DNA from: Candidatus Woesearchaeota archaeon
GTDB taxonomy: Archaea; Nanobdellota; Nanobdellia; SCGC-AAA011-G17; JACPIM01
DNA length: 64,000 nt
NCBI GenBank assembly: GCA_043817645.1
Contig: JBDRGP010000034.1
Location: forward strand, 15,020-79,019
Reading direction: 5' to 3'
Each line of letters starts with the position of its first letter. Position 1 is the first letter of the stretch. The position numbers and the translations under genes are program-made. Below are positions 36,758 through 46,913 of the stretch, in pieces. The notes beneath the pieces are model-generated. The model searched no databases and was not told where the DNA came from. It saw only the letters and a list, made by a program, of their open reading frames with translations.

Positions 36758-38068
36758 ATAAAATTTGTTATTCTAGACAATCTCAACAGTTAATCCGAAG
36801 TAGTTTTTATTATTCTTAAATTAATAGAAAAAAGCAAGTATGAGCTATGCTCAGTACTTGCTTCATGATACATAGAATAAAATGGGTGAAGAAGAAACTA
36901 AAAAAACTTTTCTCTTACCTCTTTGGTAAGAACAAAGCACCAAAGTATGTTCAACCAATCATAGATGCTGCCAGCAACAAAGGCTATGTTGAAAGCTATA
37001 GCAATAAAACAGATTCCCTTCATTTAGATATCAAGAAGAAGATCTATGAAGAAGATCTGCAGGAAACCTTTCTTAAATTGATGAATAAATTAGCTCCTCA
37101 TTTCAGGAAGACTAAAGTAAGGCTTGCTGTTGACTTTCAAGAACAAGGATTTTATGGCAAAACCGATAAGCTGCACATTATAGAGACATCATATAACGGC
37201 AAATCGTATCCGAAAGCATTCAAGTTTGTTACAATCAGTGTTCTAACAGGAAATAAAGAGGAGAGAATTCCCTTGTTTGCCTTGCCTTGGCACATTGGAC
37301 AGGATTTAACTGAAAGTATAGCCTTGCTATTATCGACTGTCAAGCCTTGGCTAGGAAAGATTGAAGTTGTTCAGTTTGATAGAGGCTTCTTCAGCAAGGA
37401 ACTAATTTATTTTCTAACAGAAAATAAATTTCCTTATTTGATACATATTCCTTGTTATGGCAAATATTCCAAGGAGCTTATCAAGGAAACTAAGAATTTT
37501 CATCATGAGAAATATCCTATGAAGCTTAATGTGAATAAAAGCACGTATAAGGTTGAGTCTAACTTGTATGTGTGTAAGGATATAGAAAAGAAGGATTGGT
37601 TATTTCTCTCTTCTCTCAAGTTTAATAATAAATGGGGTGTTAGAAATATGTATCGGAATAGATGGCAGATTGAGACTAATTATGCTGTGCATAATTCTGC
37701 TCGTATTATGAGCAGAAGTGCTGATTACGTAATAAGATATTTCTATTACCTTGTTGATGTTTTACTGCAGGTTTTATGGAGATTGTGTGCTAGCAAGATT
37801 CCTTTTAGGACATTCTTGTTCAGCATGGTTATTGGTGTTGAAAAAATGCTGATGAAGAAGCCTAATTTTGCTGGTACTTGACTAGTTCTGTATTTTTCAA
37901 TATGCTGGTGTAGCGAAAGCTTTCTTAGAAGCGAGGGATTGGCTTCTAATAACTTTATTTTAGAAGGGAAATCATAAGAACCGTTGGTTCTTGTTGTATC
38001 TAAAGATGGGCTGGTAGCCTATCTAATTCAATGATTTGATTTACTTTCGGAGATACAGCTCAAACCAA
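36758..38068 (+). mobile_element. putative IS4-family insertion sequence; boundaries tentative
   Basis: Single transposase ORF. Candidate imperfect terminal inverted repeats: left tttataaaatttgtt (about 36758) against the reverse complement of right aacacatttttataaa (about 38052-38068). Match is only about 13 of 15. Confidence 0.25.
36847..37881 (+). CDS. IS4/ISH-type DDE transposase
   Basis: 344 aa with RLAVDFQEQGFYG (D), VQFDRGFFSKELIYFL (D) and YRNRWQIETNYAVHNSA (the Y..R..E...K block typical of the IS4 family). The start codon sits in the loop of an imperfect 12/13-bp hairpin (36834-36861). Confidence 0.55.
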   Translation: MLSTCFMIHRIKWVKKKLKKLFSYLFGKNKAPKYVQPIIDAASNKGYVESYSNKTDSLHLDIKKKIYEEDLQETFLKLMNKLAPHFRKTKVRLAVDFQEQGFYGKTDKLHIIETSYNGKSYPKAFKFVTISVLTGNKEERIPLFALPWHIGQDLTESIALLLSTVKPWLGKIEVVQFDRGFFSKELIYFLTENKFPYLIHIPCYGKYSKELIKETKNFHHEKYPMKLNVNKSTYKVESNLYVCKDIEKKDWLFLSSLKFNNKWGVRNMYRNRWQIETNYAVHNSARIMSRSADYVIRYFYYLVDVLLQVLWRLCASKIPFRTFLFSMVIGVEKMLMKKPNFAGT

Positions 38069-38103
38069 CACATTTTTATAAACAAAAATATTAAAAAACA
38101 ACA

Positions 38104-38313
38104 ATGGTAATCTCAGTAGAACACGGAATACAAAAAACTTTTCTATTTATACTTTCAGTAATTTTACTTGCTTTGGCCCTATACCCACTAGTACTTCCAA
38201 GCATGCCTTCAATCAAAATATTCGATCCTCAATACACAAACTATCTGATCGTAATAATTACAATAATCTTGCTCATAACAGTAATAAAATTAAAACGCCC
38301 GCGCATCTACTAA
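38104..38313 (+). CDS. small two-TM membrane protein (hypothetical)
   Basis: 69 aa hydrophobic ORF. Confidence 0.2.
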   Translation: MVISVEHGIQKTFLFILSVILLALALYPLVLPSMPSIKIFDPQYTNYLIVIITIILLITVIKLKRPRIY

Positions 38314-38819
38314 ATTACTATTCTTTTCATTTCTCTTTCTACAAAACCATAAACCTTTCCATGCGGACTTCCATGCAATAATTTCTCAATAGCCCTATGA
38401 CAAACACTTAGTCTATCAACCCGTCCAATAGTAGAAACAGTTTTCCCATAAATACAGATATTACACCCAGTCAATCTTTCAATAATCGTCCTTGCCTTTC
38501 CCTCGCTCCCAATTAATCGGGATTTAACCCTAATAATCTTTTTCTTACTCCCAGCACAAAACTCCTTAATATCAATAATTTCAAGTTCATAATCATCTCT
38601 TACTAAATTCAAAGCAATTTCAGGATTAAATCCTCTTCCCACAGCCTTAACAATTTTCTCACAAATAAACCCCCCTAAACCCTCTCCTTCTATCTCAACA
38701 TCACCTTCTCTAGAAACCCTTATTCTACTTTTAGTGCTTCTTTCTATTATCTTTTTAATCTCTCCTTTCTTTCCGATTAAACATCCAACCCTTCCCTTAG
38801 GAATCTTTAATTCATACAT
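38310..38819 (-). CDS. KH-domain RNA-binding protein (Dim2/Pno1-like, two KH modules)
   Basis: 169 aa; two I.G..G..I. cores (KIPKGRVGCLIGKKGEIKKIIERS; LIGSEGKARTIIERLTGCNI). Confidence 0.55.
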   Translation of the reverse strand: MYELKIPKGRVGCLIGKKGEIKKIIERSTKSRIRVSREGDVEIEGEGLGGFICEKIVKAVGRGFNPEIALNLVRDDYELEIIDIKEFCAGSKKKIIRVKSRLIGSEGKARTIIERLTGCNICIYGKTVSTIGRVDRLSVCHRAIEKLLHGSPHGKVYGFVEREMKRIVI

Positions 38820-38924
38820 TTTCAGAATCTATTTTTGGGGTCTTAGCACTTTTCCAAAGTTTTTTTCAATTTTCCGCCAATTTTTGCCAACCTTTTTCCA
38901 AAAGACTGTTTTAAAAGGGCTATT

Positions 38925-39299
38925 CTAAAATTCCTCAGCTTCTAATTGTTTTAAATGGCCACTTCTTTTTAGCCAATTCACCTGGCTAGGCCTGTATTTA
39001 AACACAACATCCCCTTTTTCATCGCCCCCAAGCTCCCAAGGTTCAATTAAAAGTATGTCTCCTTCTCTAACCCACAATCTCCGTTTAAGTCTGCCAGGAA
39101 CTCTACAAATTCTAGTTTTTCCATCCATGCACCTTACCCTCATCCTACTGGCACCAAGTCTCTGATCCAGAACACCCATGGTCTCTCTTCCCCTAGGCAA
39201 TCTAATCCTACGAATCTCTAGCTGCTCCACTTCTTCCTGAGATAATTCTCTTCCACCTTTATCCCTAAAAACCCTTGGCTTTCTTTCCATGAAATACAC
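38925..39299 (-). CDS. eif1a: translation initiation factor 1A (aIF-1A/eIF-1A)
   Basis: 124 aa: GVLDQRLGASRMRVRCMDGKTRICRVPGRLKRRLWVREGDILLIEPWEL matches the S1-like OB core of aIF-1A. Confidence 0.75.
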   Translation of the reverse strand: MYFMERKPRVFRDKGGRELSQEEVEQLEIRRIRLPRGRETMGVLDQRLGASRMRVRCMDGKTRICRVPGRLKRRLWVREGDILLIEPWELGGDEKGDVVFKYRPSQVNWLKRSGHLKQLEAEEF

Positions 39300-39377
39300 T
39301 CAAGAAATTTGGTATATAAAGGTTACCCTAGCCAAAAACCATTTTACCTAAATTTTTTATGCAATCCTTAAAAAGGA

Positions 39378-40118
39378 TTAAAAACAAGAATCTTCTTCTG
39401 GGATGCAGCGTCCATCAGCGCACCTCTCCATGCCCAAAAAATAGCCACAATGGTCGTAGCAGCAACCACAATAATTGCCACCTTCACTTTCACAACATTG
39501 ATTCACACAGCCATCACACGGCGGAACACATCCAGTATTGCATCTTCCCGGGTCATTAACACAAGATCCAGCATTAGCAGTACCCGGAGGGCAAATTATC
39601 CAACCCCCAAATCGAGTTTCACAAACGCCATCCCTGCACCTTTCCGTACACTCATTACAAGAAGGGTTACAAGGCGAACAACTGTCACTTTCGGGGCGAC
39701 ATGTGCCATCAGGACAGTATTTCCTAGCCATATATCCCACTTCTCCTCGGAGCCTACATTGACCACCATAACATACTGCGATACAAGGATCACAGGGGTA
39801 GGGACACTCGCAAACTTCATAATTCGAAGCACAAATTCCATTGGGGCACTTCACCTTACCACTAGGCATACAAGTATAAGTCACAGTCCCGCCTCTGGGG
39901 GTACCACCTTCCATAACACAAACCTCCACACAAGGTTCACAAGGAGGGACACAATTTTCTGCTGAAACAGAAGTAGGAGAAGATGTTGGTTGTGTAGTTG
40001 GTTGACTAGATTGCTTAAAAACAGAACTACCAGAAAGATCCAAACTAAAAAAAGCAATAAAAATAATCACCACTAAAGCAACAATCAATATGGCCGTAGT
40101 TTTTCCAAATCTATTCAT
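39378..40118 (-). CDS. secreted/anchored cysteine-rich protein (over 40 Cys) with Pro/Thr/Ser linker
   Basis: 246 aa with N-terminal TM (TAILIVALVVIIFIAFFSL), a QPTTQPTSSPTSV linker, then repeated C.PPCEPC, CPNGIC, CECPYPCDPC-type Cys patterns. The region is locally GC-richer. Confidence 0.5.
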   Translation of the reverse strand: MNRFGKTTAILIVALVVIIFIAFFSLDLSGSSVFKQSSQPTTQPTSSPTSVSAENCVPPCEPCVEVCVMEGGTPRGGTVTYTCMPSGKVKCPNGICASNYEVCECPYPCDPCIAVCYGGQCRLRGEVGYMARKYCPDGTCRPESDSCSPCNPSCNECTERCRDGVCETRFGGWIICPPGTANAGSCVNDPGRCNTGCVPPCDGCVNQCCESEGGNYCGCCYDHCGYFLGMERCADGRCIPEEDSCF

Positions 40119-40177
40119 AAAATAAAAAAGAATTTACTTCTTTAAATAATTTGCCAAACTACTCCATAAGGATTAAA

Positions 40178-40492
40178 TTAGTCTTCCTCTTCCTTCAACC
40201 TAAAACAAACAGTAACTCTATAGACATTCTTAGAAGTTTGCCTATCTCTGCTATACAATTTTTTACTCTCTTTCAACTCACCTTTAAAACTCCGCGTCAT
40301 CATCTTCCCTATTTGTCTTGCAATTTTATTAGAAGAAATATAATAATCAACACCAGTTTTCAAAAATTTCTTTTTAGAAATCCAAGCACCAGTCTTAGAG
40401 ATTCTTTTCTCAAAAAACTTCATTAATTCTTCATCAGCAGGCCTCAACTGAACTATTGCCTGAAAATAATCAGCATGATATTCTTTGCGCAT
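40178..40492 (-). CDS. hypothetical basic protein
   Basis: 104 aa; no motif assigned with confidence. Confidence 0.25.
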   Translation of the reverse strand: MRKEYHADYFQAIVQLRPADEELMKFFEKRISKTGAWISKKKFLKTGVDYYISSNKIARQIGKMMTRSFKGELKESKKLYSRDRQTSKNVYRVTVCFRLKEEED

Positions 40493-40760
40493 GTGGCACT
40501 CCCTGGATCATCATAACATTTTCCTTATTAATAATCCCCAATTTAACAGCCAATCCAACACTCTCTTTACCAATCAAATTCAGATTATCACTTTCCTTCA
40601 TAATCTCACTAACTTCTTCTTTGGTTTTTTCCTCACCACCATAAAAATACTCACTCACCTTAATTTCAAAATCACCTTCACTGAAAGTCTTTCCAATTAA
40701 GTCCTTATCACAAATAGCCACAACGCAATTACCATCCTTATGAAACTTAACTAACATCAT
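40470..40760 (-). CDS. small conserved-archaeal-type hypothetical protein (DUF424-like)
   Basis: 96 aa: MMLVKFHKDGNCVVAICDKDLIGK... resembles the archaeal DUF424 pattern. Confidence 0.3.
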   Translation of the reverse strand: MMLVKFHKDGNCVVAICDKDLIGKTFSEGDFEIKVSEYFYGGEEKTKEEVSEIMKESDNLNLIGKESVGLAVKLGIINKENVMMIQGVPHAQRISC

Positions 40761-40838
40761 TTTTTCCGTTAATTTTCCGCTAACGTTTTCTCGTGGGTTG
40801 ACAAAGGCTTGTTCTCGTGGGTTGATAAGGGTAAACCC

Positions 40839-41252
40839 TTATATTTTAGTCCTAACAGGATGCCTCGCCCCACAAGCAGTACATCTTACAAACAAAACCC
40901 TATCTTCTTTCTCAAGCTGAGTATCTGGTTTTCCACATTCTTTACACAAAACAAAATCCCTGGCGAATTGCTCAATCTTCTGATTAATAAAAGCAGAAGT
41001 TATTTTTCTTCCTAAAACCAATCTCTGCCCATCCAGAACAGCAGGAGTAGCCAATTCTCTTTGTAAATATTTCAATAATTTTTCTTGCCCTCTACCAAGA
41101 ATTTTAGCTATAGTAGCAAAATTGTTTATTATTGTCTTATTTCCCTGCAAATGGCCACTAACCTTAGGAATCTCAAACCTCTCACTAGAAGATTTTACCT
41201 CAGGCATGCTTTCTTTAGCCTTTTTCAATAATTGCTCATATTCCATAAACAA
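40839..41252 (-). CDS. eif2b: translation initiation factor 2 beta subunit (aIF-2 beta)
   Basis: 137 aa with a C-terminal C..C...(16)...C..C zinc ribbon (LCKECGKPDTQLEKEDRVLFVRCTACGA) and the preceding helical domain typical of aIF2-beta. Confidence 0.75.
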   Translation of the reverse strand: MFMEYEQLLKKAKESMPEVKSSSERFEIPKVSGHLQGNKTIINNFATIAKILGRGQEKLLKYLQRELATPAVLDGQRLVLGRKITSAFINQKIEQFARDFVLCKECGKPDTQLEKEDRVLFVRCTACGARHPVRTKI

Positions 41253-41293
41253 TCAGATAATAAGAAAATTTTTAAAAGTTTGTATAAAAAACC

Positions 41294-41968
41294 CTAGATA
41301 CCCCTCAAATAATTAGGCCTAGGAGTATAAATCTCGCCTTCCTTGATCAATTCCTTAACGAGATTTTCAACCTCTTCTGAATCCAAACCGCTCTTAGAAA
41401 CCACCTCATCATACGTAATCTCATCAGCACTTCCAATTATATTTAATATTTTCTGCCTAACTGTCTGAGTAACATTCCCAACAGACTCCACAGCAACTTT
41501 TTCCTGGTTTTGAACATTTTCAACAACATCCTCTCTTTTTGAAGGCTCTCCATAGAGGTTAGTCAATTCTATCTTTCTTAATTTCGCCCAAGCAAGATTA
41601 TCCAATTTTTTAACAATTTCAGGAGTCAAATAAATTTCTCCACTAAATTCTCTTACCCTCCCAATAAATAAAATCAGATCACCTAAACCAACATCACCAA
41701 TCAAACTAATATCATCTTTCCAAGCCTTAACTCTTATCTTACCCGAACCATCATCAAGCTCAATATAAGCATAACCAAAGTCTCCTTCAGAAGATTTATC
41801 TAAAACAGTAGCAATCACGTTTACTCTAGAAATTTTCTTATCCTTAACCAAAACATAATTAGGATCCCACTCGCCTTGCTCCTTACGATACTCCCCACTA
41901 ATCAAATCACTTATCCAAACCTTATAGGCAGTCTGCCTAGCTTGTACCACTCTCAGCCCATAAAACAA
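41294..41968 (-). CDS. OB-fold + C-terminal winged-helix protein (RPA32-like)
   Basis: 224 aa with an OB-like core (VNVIATVLDKSSEGDFGYAYIELDDGSGKIRVKAW) and a C-terminal wH-like segment (ITYDEVVSKSGLDSEEVENLVKELIKEGEIY). Confidence 0.4.
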   Translation of the reverse strand: MFYGLRVVQARQTAYKVWISDLISGEYRKEQGEWDPNYVLVKDKKISRVNVIATVLDKSSEGDFGYAYIELDDGSGKIRVKAWKDDISLIGDVGLGDLILFIGRVREFSGEIYLTPEIVKKLDNLAWAKLRKIELTNLYGEPSKREDVVENVQNQEKVAVESVGNVTQTVRQKILNIIGSADEITYDEVVSKSGLDSEEVENLVKELIKEGEIYTPRPNYLRGI

Positions 41969-42022
41969 AATAATAGTTTTAAAGATTCTTATCTTAGAAC
42001 CCCTATTTTACAAAAAAGTGGC

Positions 42023-44149
42023 TCAAAAAATATTTGTTTCACATTCAGTATCAAACTGATTCCCGCCCCCCTCCACTCCAGAACTCCGAATATCCAAATC
42101 ACACCAAAGAGTATCACCAAAAACATTATTATTAAAATCAACTTCCAAATAACCCTCCCTTATTAAAATCCCTCTCTTCCCGCCACTAATACTATTTCCC
42201 ACTATATCAATAAAAGTATTTCCAGGATTACTTTCATTCAAAGACCCTAGCCTTATCCCTTGCTCAACCATGTCAGAGATTTGATTATCAATTACCTCGA
42301 CATTTCGAACATCTCCTGGAATCTGCCAGGACTCTAAATGGACTCCATAATCCTGTAGAGTCACACCCTCAGAATTATAAATTTCATTTCCCTGAATCAA
42401 TATATCACTACCCCTCTCAACAACAACTCCAGAATTGTAATTATCATAAATTTCATTATCAATAACTCTCCAATTCTTAGCACTAACCACATAAACACCA
42501 CTCGCACCATTAGAGTAAATAACATTATTTCTAACTTCAATATTTTCCGGATAAACTTCTGGACCGTCCATATAATCTGTATCACTTTGTATCCCCTGCC
42601 ATTTAGAGTCATATATCAAGTTGTCCCTAATAACCAAATTCTTAGAAACTGCTGTTACAAAATTATCTCCAACCACCGCAATCCCAGACCCCTCAAACGG
42701 ATTCCCTTTAAGTTCATTATCGTAAATCTCTCCGTTCACAGCACACACGTTTATCGAAGTAAATTTGTTATCATAAAAAAAGTTACCTCGAACAGTTATA
42801 TCCTCAGTTTTAGAATCAGCCTCCCTTGCATGCCCGATAGCAAATCCCCTATGATTGTTATGAACCAGATTTCCCTCTATTAAATTATCACCGCCTCCGG
42901 TAATAAACAAGGGACCTGTTTGAAAAATAGTTGTAGAAGGACCCCATCCAAAAAATTCACAATCCACTACATCCAAACCATCAACATGCTGGATATCTAA
43001 CCCCATAACATCTTGGATATTACCCCCATCAAAAATCAAATTACTGAACTTAATGTCTTGTGAGTTCTTAACAAGAAAAAAAGTATCCACATCCCCCCTA
43101 TATTTAAATACCTGGTCCGGTCTTACCAATAACTTAAATCCAGAATTTTGGTCTTTCCCCTTGATTGTTATGTCTTCATAACCTTCCAAAGTAAATCCTT
43201 GCCAACCAGTATGGCCGACAGCACAAATTCCTTCAACCACCAAAGTTTGCCCAGGCGCCAATAAATCCAAAGCGGTTGTTACAGCCCCAGAATCATCTGT
43301 TATACCATCACAAACTGCTCCAAAATCACTTAAATACACTGAACCACATTCCTCATCAACACTTCCATCACAATCATTATCCAACCCATCTTCACAAATC
43401 TCTTCAGTTGGTTGTTTATCTTGTACACAGTCCCCCCATTCACCACCAACACAAGTTCTTACACCACCAGAACAAATTCCTAAAAGTCCAGTATTGCAAG
43501 TCTCAGTGTCTTCTTCCGTACATTCCTCATCATCTCCATTTTGATCTCCATTTTGATCTCCATTTTGATCTTCATCAGTAACTACAACGCAGTCACCAGG
43601 ACAATTACTTACTGTTTCCCCCAGATCCTCTTCACATATACCATTATTATTGCAAACCACTGCAGAAGTAAGAACCCTTTCATCACTTTTCTCTTCTAAA
43701 GTTAACTCCCCAATTTCAGAAACAAAAAACGTAGGTATTATCTTAACTTTATTAATCCCAGACCAGGTATCTTCACTAAATTCTATTTTAACCAGTTTAG
43801 TCTCTCTTGACCTAATTAATATATCTCCTCCATCCTGAGAGACCACCCTAGGAGTTACTTCAGAACTTATTTCATCTATTTCCTGTTGATTACTAAGCCC
43901 GATAATTCTTAAACCCACAATATCATACTCTCCACTATTGAAAATAACAATTTGTCCCTTAATCTCTCCAACAATAGGCCTCACAGCAGCCAAGACTTGT
44001 ATCCCTGCATCTTCACCTATCTCTTTTACCAAATCTTCTGAAACGCCTCCCCCAACATACCTAACTCCGAAATATATAAGCAAAGCAACAAACACCGTAG
44101 CTAAAACAATTGAAAAGAACATAATCCAATAAGCCGCTTTTTCTTGCAT
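42023..44149 (-). CDS. membrane-anchored extracellular right-handed beta-helix (PbH1) protein with acidic DQNG repeats and DNDCDG-type Cys motifs
   Basis: 708 aa with N-terminal TM. (DQNG)x3 is encoded by the 12-bp tandem repeat. Contains CEDGLDNDCDGSVDEEC and CNTGLLGICSGGVRTCVGGEWGDC. Many N.IY.N..SGV.V repeats (NNVIYSNGASGVYV, IDNEIYDNYNSGVVV, QGNEIYNSEGV). Confidence 0.55.
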   Translation of the reverse strand: MQEKAAYWIMFFSIVLATVFVALLIYFGVRYVGGGVSEDLVKEIGEDAGIQVLAAVRPIVGEIKGQIVIFNSGEYDIVGLRIIGLSNQQEIDEISSEVTPRVVSQDGGDILIRSRETKLVKIEFSEDTWSGINKVKIIPTFFVSEIGELTLEEKSDERVLTSAVVCNNNGICEEDLGETVSNCPGDCVVVTDEDQNGDQNGDQNGDDEECTEEDTETCNTGLLGICSGGVRTCVGGEWGDCVQDKQPTEEICEDGLDNDCDGSVDEECGSVYLSDFGAVCDGITDDSGAVTTALDLLAPGQTLVVEGICAVGHTGWQGFTLEGYEDITIKGKDQNSGFKLLVRPDQVFKYRGDVDTFFLVKNSQDIKFSNLIFDGGNIQDVMGLDIQHVDGLDVVDCEFFGWGPSTTIFQTGPLFITGGGDNLIEGNLVHNNHRGFAIGHAREADSKTEDITVRGNFFYDNKFTSINVCAVNGEIYDNELKGNPFEGSGIAVVGDNFVTAVSKNLVIRDNLIYDSKWQGIQSDTDYMDGPEVYPENIEVRNNVIYSNGASGVYVVSAKNWRVIDNEIYDNYNSGVVVERGSDILIQGNEIYNSEGVTLQDYGVHLESWQIPGDVRNVEVIDNQISDMVEQGIRLGSLNESNPGNTFIDIVGNSISGGKRGILIREGYLEVDFNNNVFGDTLWCDLDIRSSGVEGGGNQFDTECETNIF
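43531..43578 (-). repeat. in-frame 12-bp tandem repeat (atctccattttg x3 plus a degenerate fourth copy) encoding DQNG repeats
   Basis: Three perfect 12-bp units at 43531-43566 plus a degenerate unit to 43578, inside the beta-helix gene. Confidence 0.7.
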
Positions 44150-44193
44150 AAGATTAATAAGAATCTGCTCTTATTTAAAGTTTATACTAACTC

Positions 44194-46212
44194 TCAGACC
44201 CTACTCAGAACATTTTTTCTTGGCTCAAAAATTTCACCCTCTCTCTTCAACTTATTTATAGCCTCTTCAACATCACTTTCACTCAAATTTTTATTCGCAG
44301 CTTCAGAAATAATATCCTCCAAAGGAATTGCTTTCTTCCCTAAACTTTTTTCCAAAGCAACAATAAGATCTTTAACAACCAAAATCTTATTTCTTTGTGA
44401 AGCAGTAATTCCAGTACTTATTCTATCAATATCAATTTGTCCTGTTTCAGGATCAACACCAACTTGGTGCAAACAATACTTCAAGATCCTTATAGCTCTC
44501 CTAGCATCAGATCGATTCGCCTTATTACTTAACCTAACTCTTGCACTCGCCTCAGCCAATCTAATCAAGGCCTCCAATTGTCTTGCAGTAATAGGTATTG
44601 GCCTAACAACTTGCTCTTCACCAAAACTTCCTGAATTCCTTAAACTAACATAAAAATCCTTGATCTCATCCATTGCCCCCTTATCCAACTTAGGAAAAAT
44701 CTTTTGCCTTACATAAGAAATATATTTTTTAAATAAAATCTTATCAATCTCCGGCTCTCCTAAACTCCGATTATACTGCAATTCTAAAACATGACTTGCA
44801 ATTTTAGTATCCGTATCCTTTGCAGGAACATCCCTCACAGGAAAAATCAAATCAAATCTGTTTATCAAAGCAGGAGGCATATCAATCTGTCCTGCAACTG
44901 GTTGATAAGGATCAAACCTCCCCAATTTAGGATTGGCAGCAGCCAGCACAGTCGTCTCAGCTCTTAAAGTGGCCTGTATATTCGCCTTTGCTATTGTAAC
45001 CTGCTGTTGTGCCATCGCTTCATGCAATGCACTAGTATCCTCTGGAGCCATCTTATCCATTTCATCCAACAACAAAAATCCTTTATTTGCCAAAACCAAA
45101 GCACCCGCCTCCAAAGCCCAACCCTTCAAAAATTCATCCTTAACAACGCTCGCACTAATCCCTGCACCACTCGCACCCTTACCCGCGATATATCTCGCCC
45201 TAGGAGCATTCTTACTAATATAAGTCAACAGCATTGATTTTGCTGATCCAGGATCACCCACAATAAGAACATGCACGTCACCCTTAACCATTGTACCATC
45301 AGCCCTTTCTTTTTTCACACCGCCCATCAGCATCAAAACCAAGGCCTCCTTAATATCCTCATGGCCATAAATAGTCGGAGCAATACTATTCCTAAACTTT
45401 TCATACACCTTAGGATCTCTAGCCAATCTCAAAATTTCTTCCTCATCCTCTTTACCAATATCAGTTTCTTCAAAGGTTTCTTCAACAGGCTCAATAAAAT
45501 TTGATTCCAACATCAGATCATACCTTATAGACTGCGCACCTGTTCTCAAAAACACAGGCACTTCTTTCAACACCCCAGTAATTCTAACCAAACTTCCGGG
45601 AGTGGTTTTTTTCTCCATTATTGGCTCAACCAAATCTTCTCTTAAAAAAACACTTAATCTCTTAGGCTGTTCACCACCAACCAAACTTTCAGGACTCTCC
45701 TCTATTACCAATCTTTGAGCATCAACCAAACTTTTATTTAACAATCTAAATTTTCCCCGCCTACCACAACTGCATCTTGTCGGCTCTTTAAATTTAGTAT
45801 CCACTTGCAAAATGGAAATATTATTCCCGCAACTGGGACACTCAAACTTTGCACTTACAACCTGCGGCCTGACATCACTAGCTTGCCTCACAATACCATC
45901 AAAAGCAATAAACAGGCCCAAATGCTCACTCCTAATATTTTTTATTTCTATTTTTTCAGAATCTGGCAAATTCCTAAACCTAACCCTTAAACTTTTTCCT
46001 AAATCAAATTGATCAACAGCCATCTCGGCAGCCTTAATACAATCCTCTGGCTCAGCCAATAATTGCTCAGCCAATTCCGGGTCAAATCTAACTAACTCAG
46101 AAAAATCAATCACTAAAGCCCCTCTACCTTTCCTAACCTGTTTATGCAAGTCCTTAAGATAATTCAATTCAATAAATTCCTTAAACTTCTCAATCTGTTC
46201 TGAAATCTCCAC
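44194..46212 (-). CDS. mcm: MCM replicative helicase
   Basis: 672 aa: Zn-finger region (CPSCGNN...C.CGRRGK), Walker A GDPGSAKS, Walker B LLLDEMDKM, arginine-finger SRFDLIF, C-terminal wH. Confidence 0.85.
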   Translation of the reverse strand: MEISEQIEKFKEFIELNYLKDLHKQVRKGRGALVIDFSELVRFDPELAEQLLAEPEDCIKAAEMAVDQFDLGKSLRVRFRNLPDSEKIEIKNIRSEHLGLFIAFDGIVRQASDVRPQVVSAKFECPSCGNNISILQVDTKFKEPTRCSCGRRGKFRLLNKSLVDAQRLVIEESPESLVGGEQPKRLSVFLREDLVEPIMEKKTTPGSLVRITGVLKEVPVFLRTGAQSIRYDLMLESNFIEPVEETFEETDIGKEDEEEILRLARDPKVYEKFRNSIAPTIYGHEDIKEALVLMLMGGVKKERADGTMVKGDVHVLIVGDPGSAKSMLLTYISKNAPRARYIAGKGASGAGISASVVKDEFLKGWALEAGALVLANKGFLLLDEMDKMAPEDTSALHEAMAQQQVTIAKANIQATLRAETTVLAAANPKLGRFDPYQPVAGQIDMPPALINRFDLIFPVRDVPAKDTDTKIASHVLELQYNRSLGEPEIDKILFKKYISYVRQKIFPKLDKGAMDEIKDFYVSLRNSGSFGEEQVVRPIPITARQLEALIRLAEASARVRLSNKANRSDARRAIRILKYCLHQVGVDPETGQIDIDRISTGITASQRNKILVVKDLIVALEKSLGKKAIPLEDIISEAANKNLSESDVEEAINKLKREGEIFEPRKNVLSRV

Positions 46213-46316
46213 CTAAATCACCATCTAGCCTAATCCTTTCTAGAACAAGCCCCAATATAAGAATTTATATCAAAAAGAATATAACTATTCCACTAAATCT
46301 ACAAAAAAAGAAAAAA

Positions 46317-46913
46317 TTATTTCCTCTTTAACTTAGTCAATTTCTTAACCAATAAATCAACAGCTTCCTTTAGCTTGTTCTCGCTCCTAGTACCTGTACA
46401 GACTATTTTTCCATTACTAAAAAGCAAAAAAGTAGCCCTTGTCCCTTCCAATTTATACACTAATCCAGGAAACTGCTCTGGCTCATATTCTGTATTCTCT
46501 AACTCCATCGCCAAAGAATTCAAATTTAGGTCCATTCCTATACCCCCAGAAGCAACCATATTCTGAACGACAATTTTAGGCTTAATTTTAATCTTAATTT
46601 TCACCTTAGCCAAATGCTTAATAATCGCCTCAACGGCCAGTTTAACCTTACCCAAACTCTTAGCTCCAGTACAAACAATCTTACCAGAACTAAATATCAA
46701 AGCACTAGTTTTAGGCTCTTTTATCCTCATAACCAATCCAGGAAACTGCTCAGGATTATACTCTGTATTTGGCAATGCCTCAGCCAATTTGATTAAAGGA
46801 ATATCATGTTCTAAAGAAGCTGAAACAACAATGTTCTGTACCTTATACCATACTTTCTTATCAGTTTTTGTTACCATAATTTGTCCCCCATAAAATAATT
46901 CATTTATAAACAA
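46317..46913 (-). CDS. tbp: TATA-box binding protein
   Basis: 198 aa with two direct repeats (VQNIVVSASLEHDIPL...EYNPEQFPGLVMRI / VQNMVASGGIGMDLNL...EYEPEQFPGLVYKL). Confidence 0.85.
   Translation of the reverse strand: MFINELFYGGQIMVTKTDKKVWYKVQNIVVSASLEHDIPLIKLAEALPNTEYNPEQFPGLVMRIKEPKTSALIFSSGKIVCTGAKSLGKVKLAVEAIIKHLAKVKIKIKIKPKIVVQNMVASGGIGMDLNLNSLAMELENTEYEPEQFPGLVYKLEGTRATFLLFSNGKIVCTGTRSENKLKEAVDLLVKKLTKLKRK

Noticed and set aside
37882-38103. Possible small RNA or tRNA in the GC-richer spacer after the IS4-like transposase (gggctggtagcc and gaaccgttggttc hairpins).
   Set aside because: Could not fold any cloverleaf or find conserved T-loop or D-loop consensus. More likely the terminal region of the IS element.
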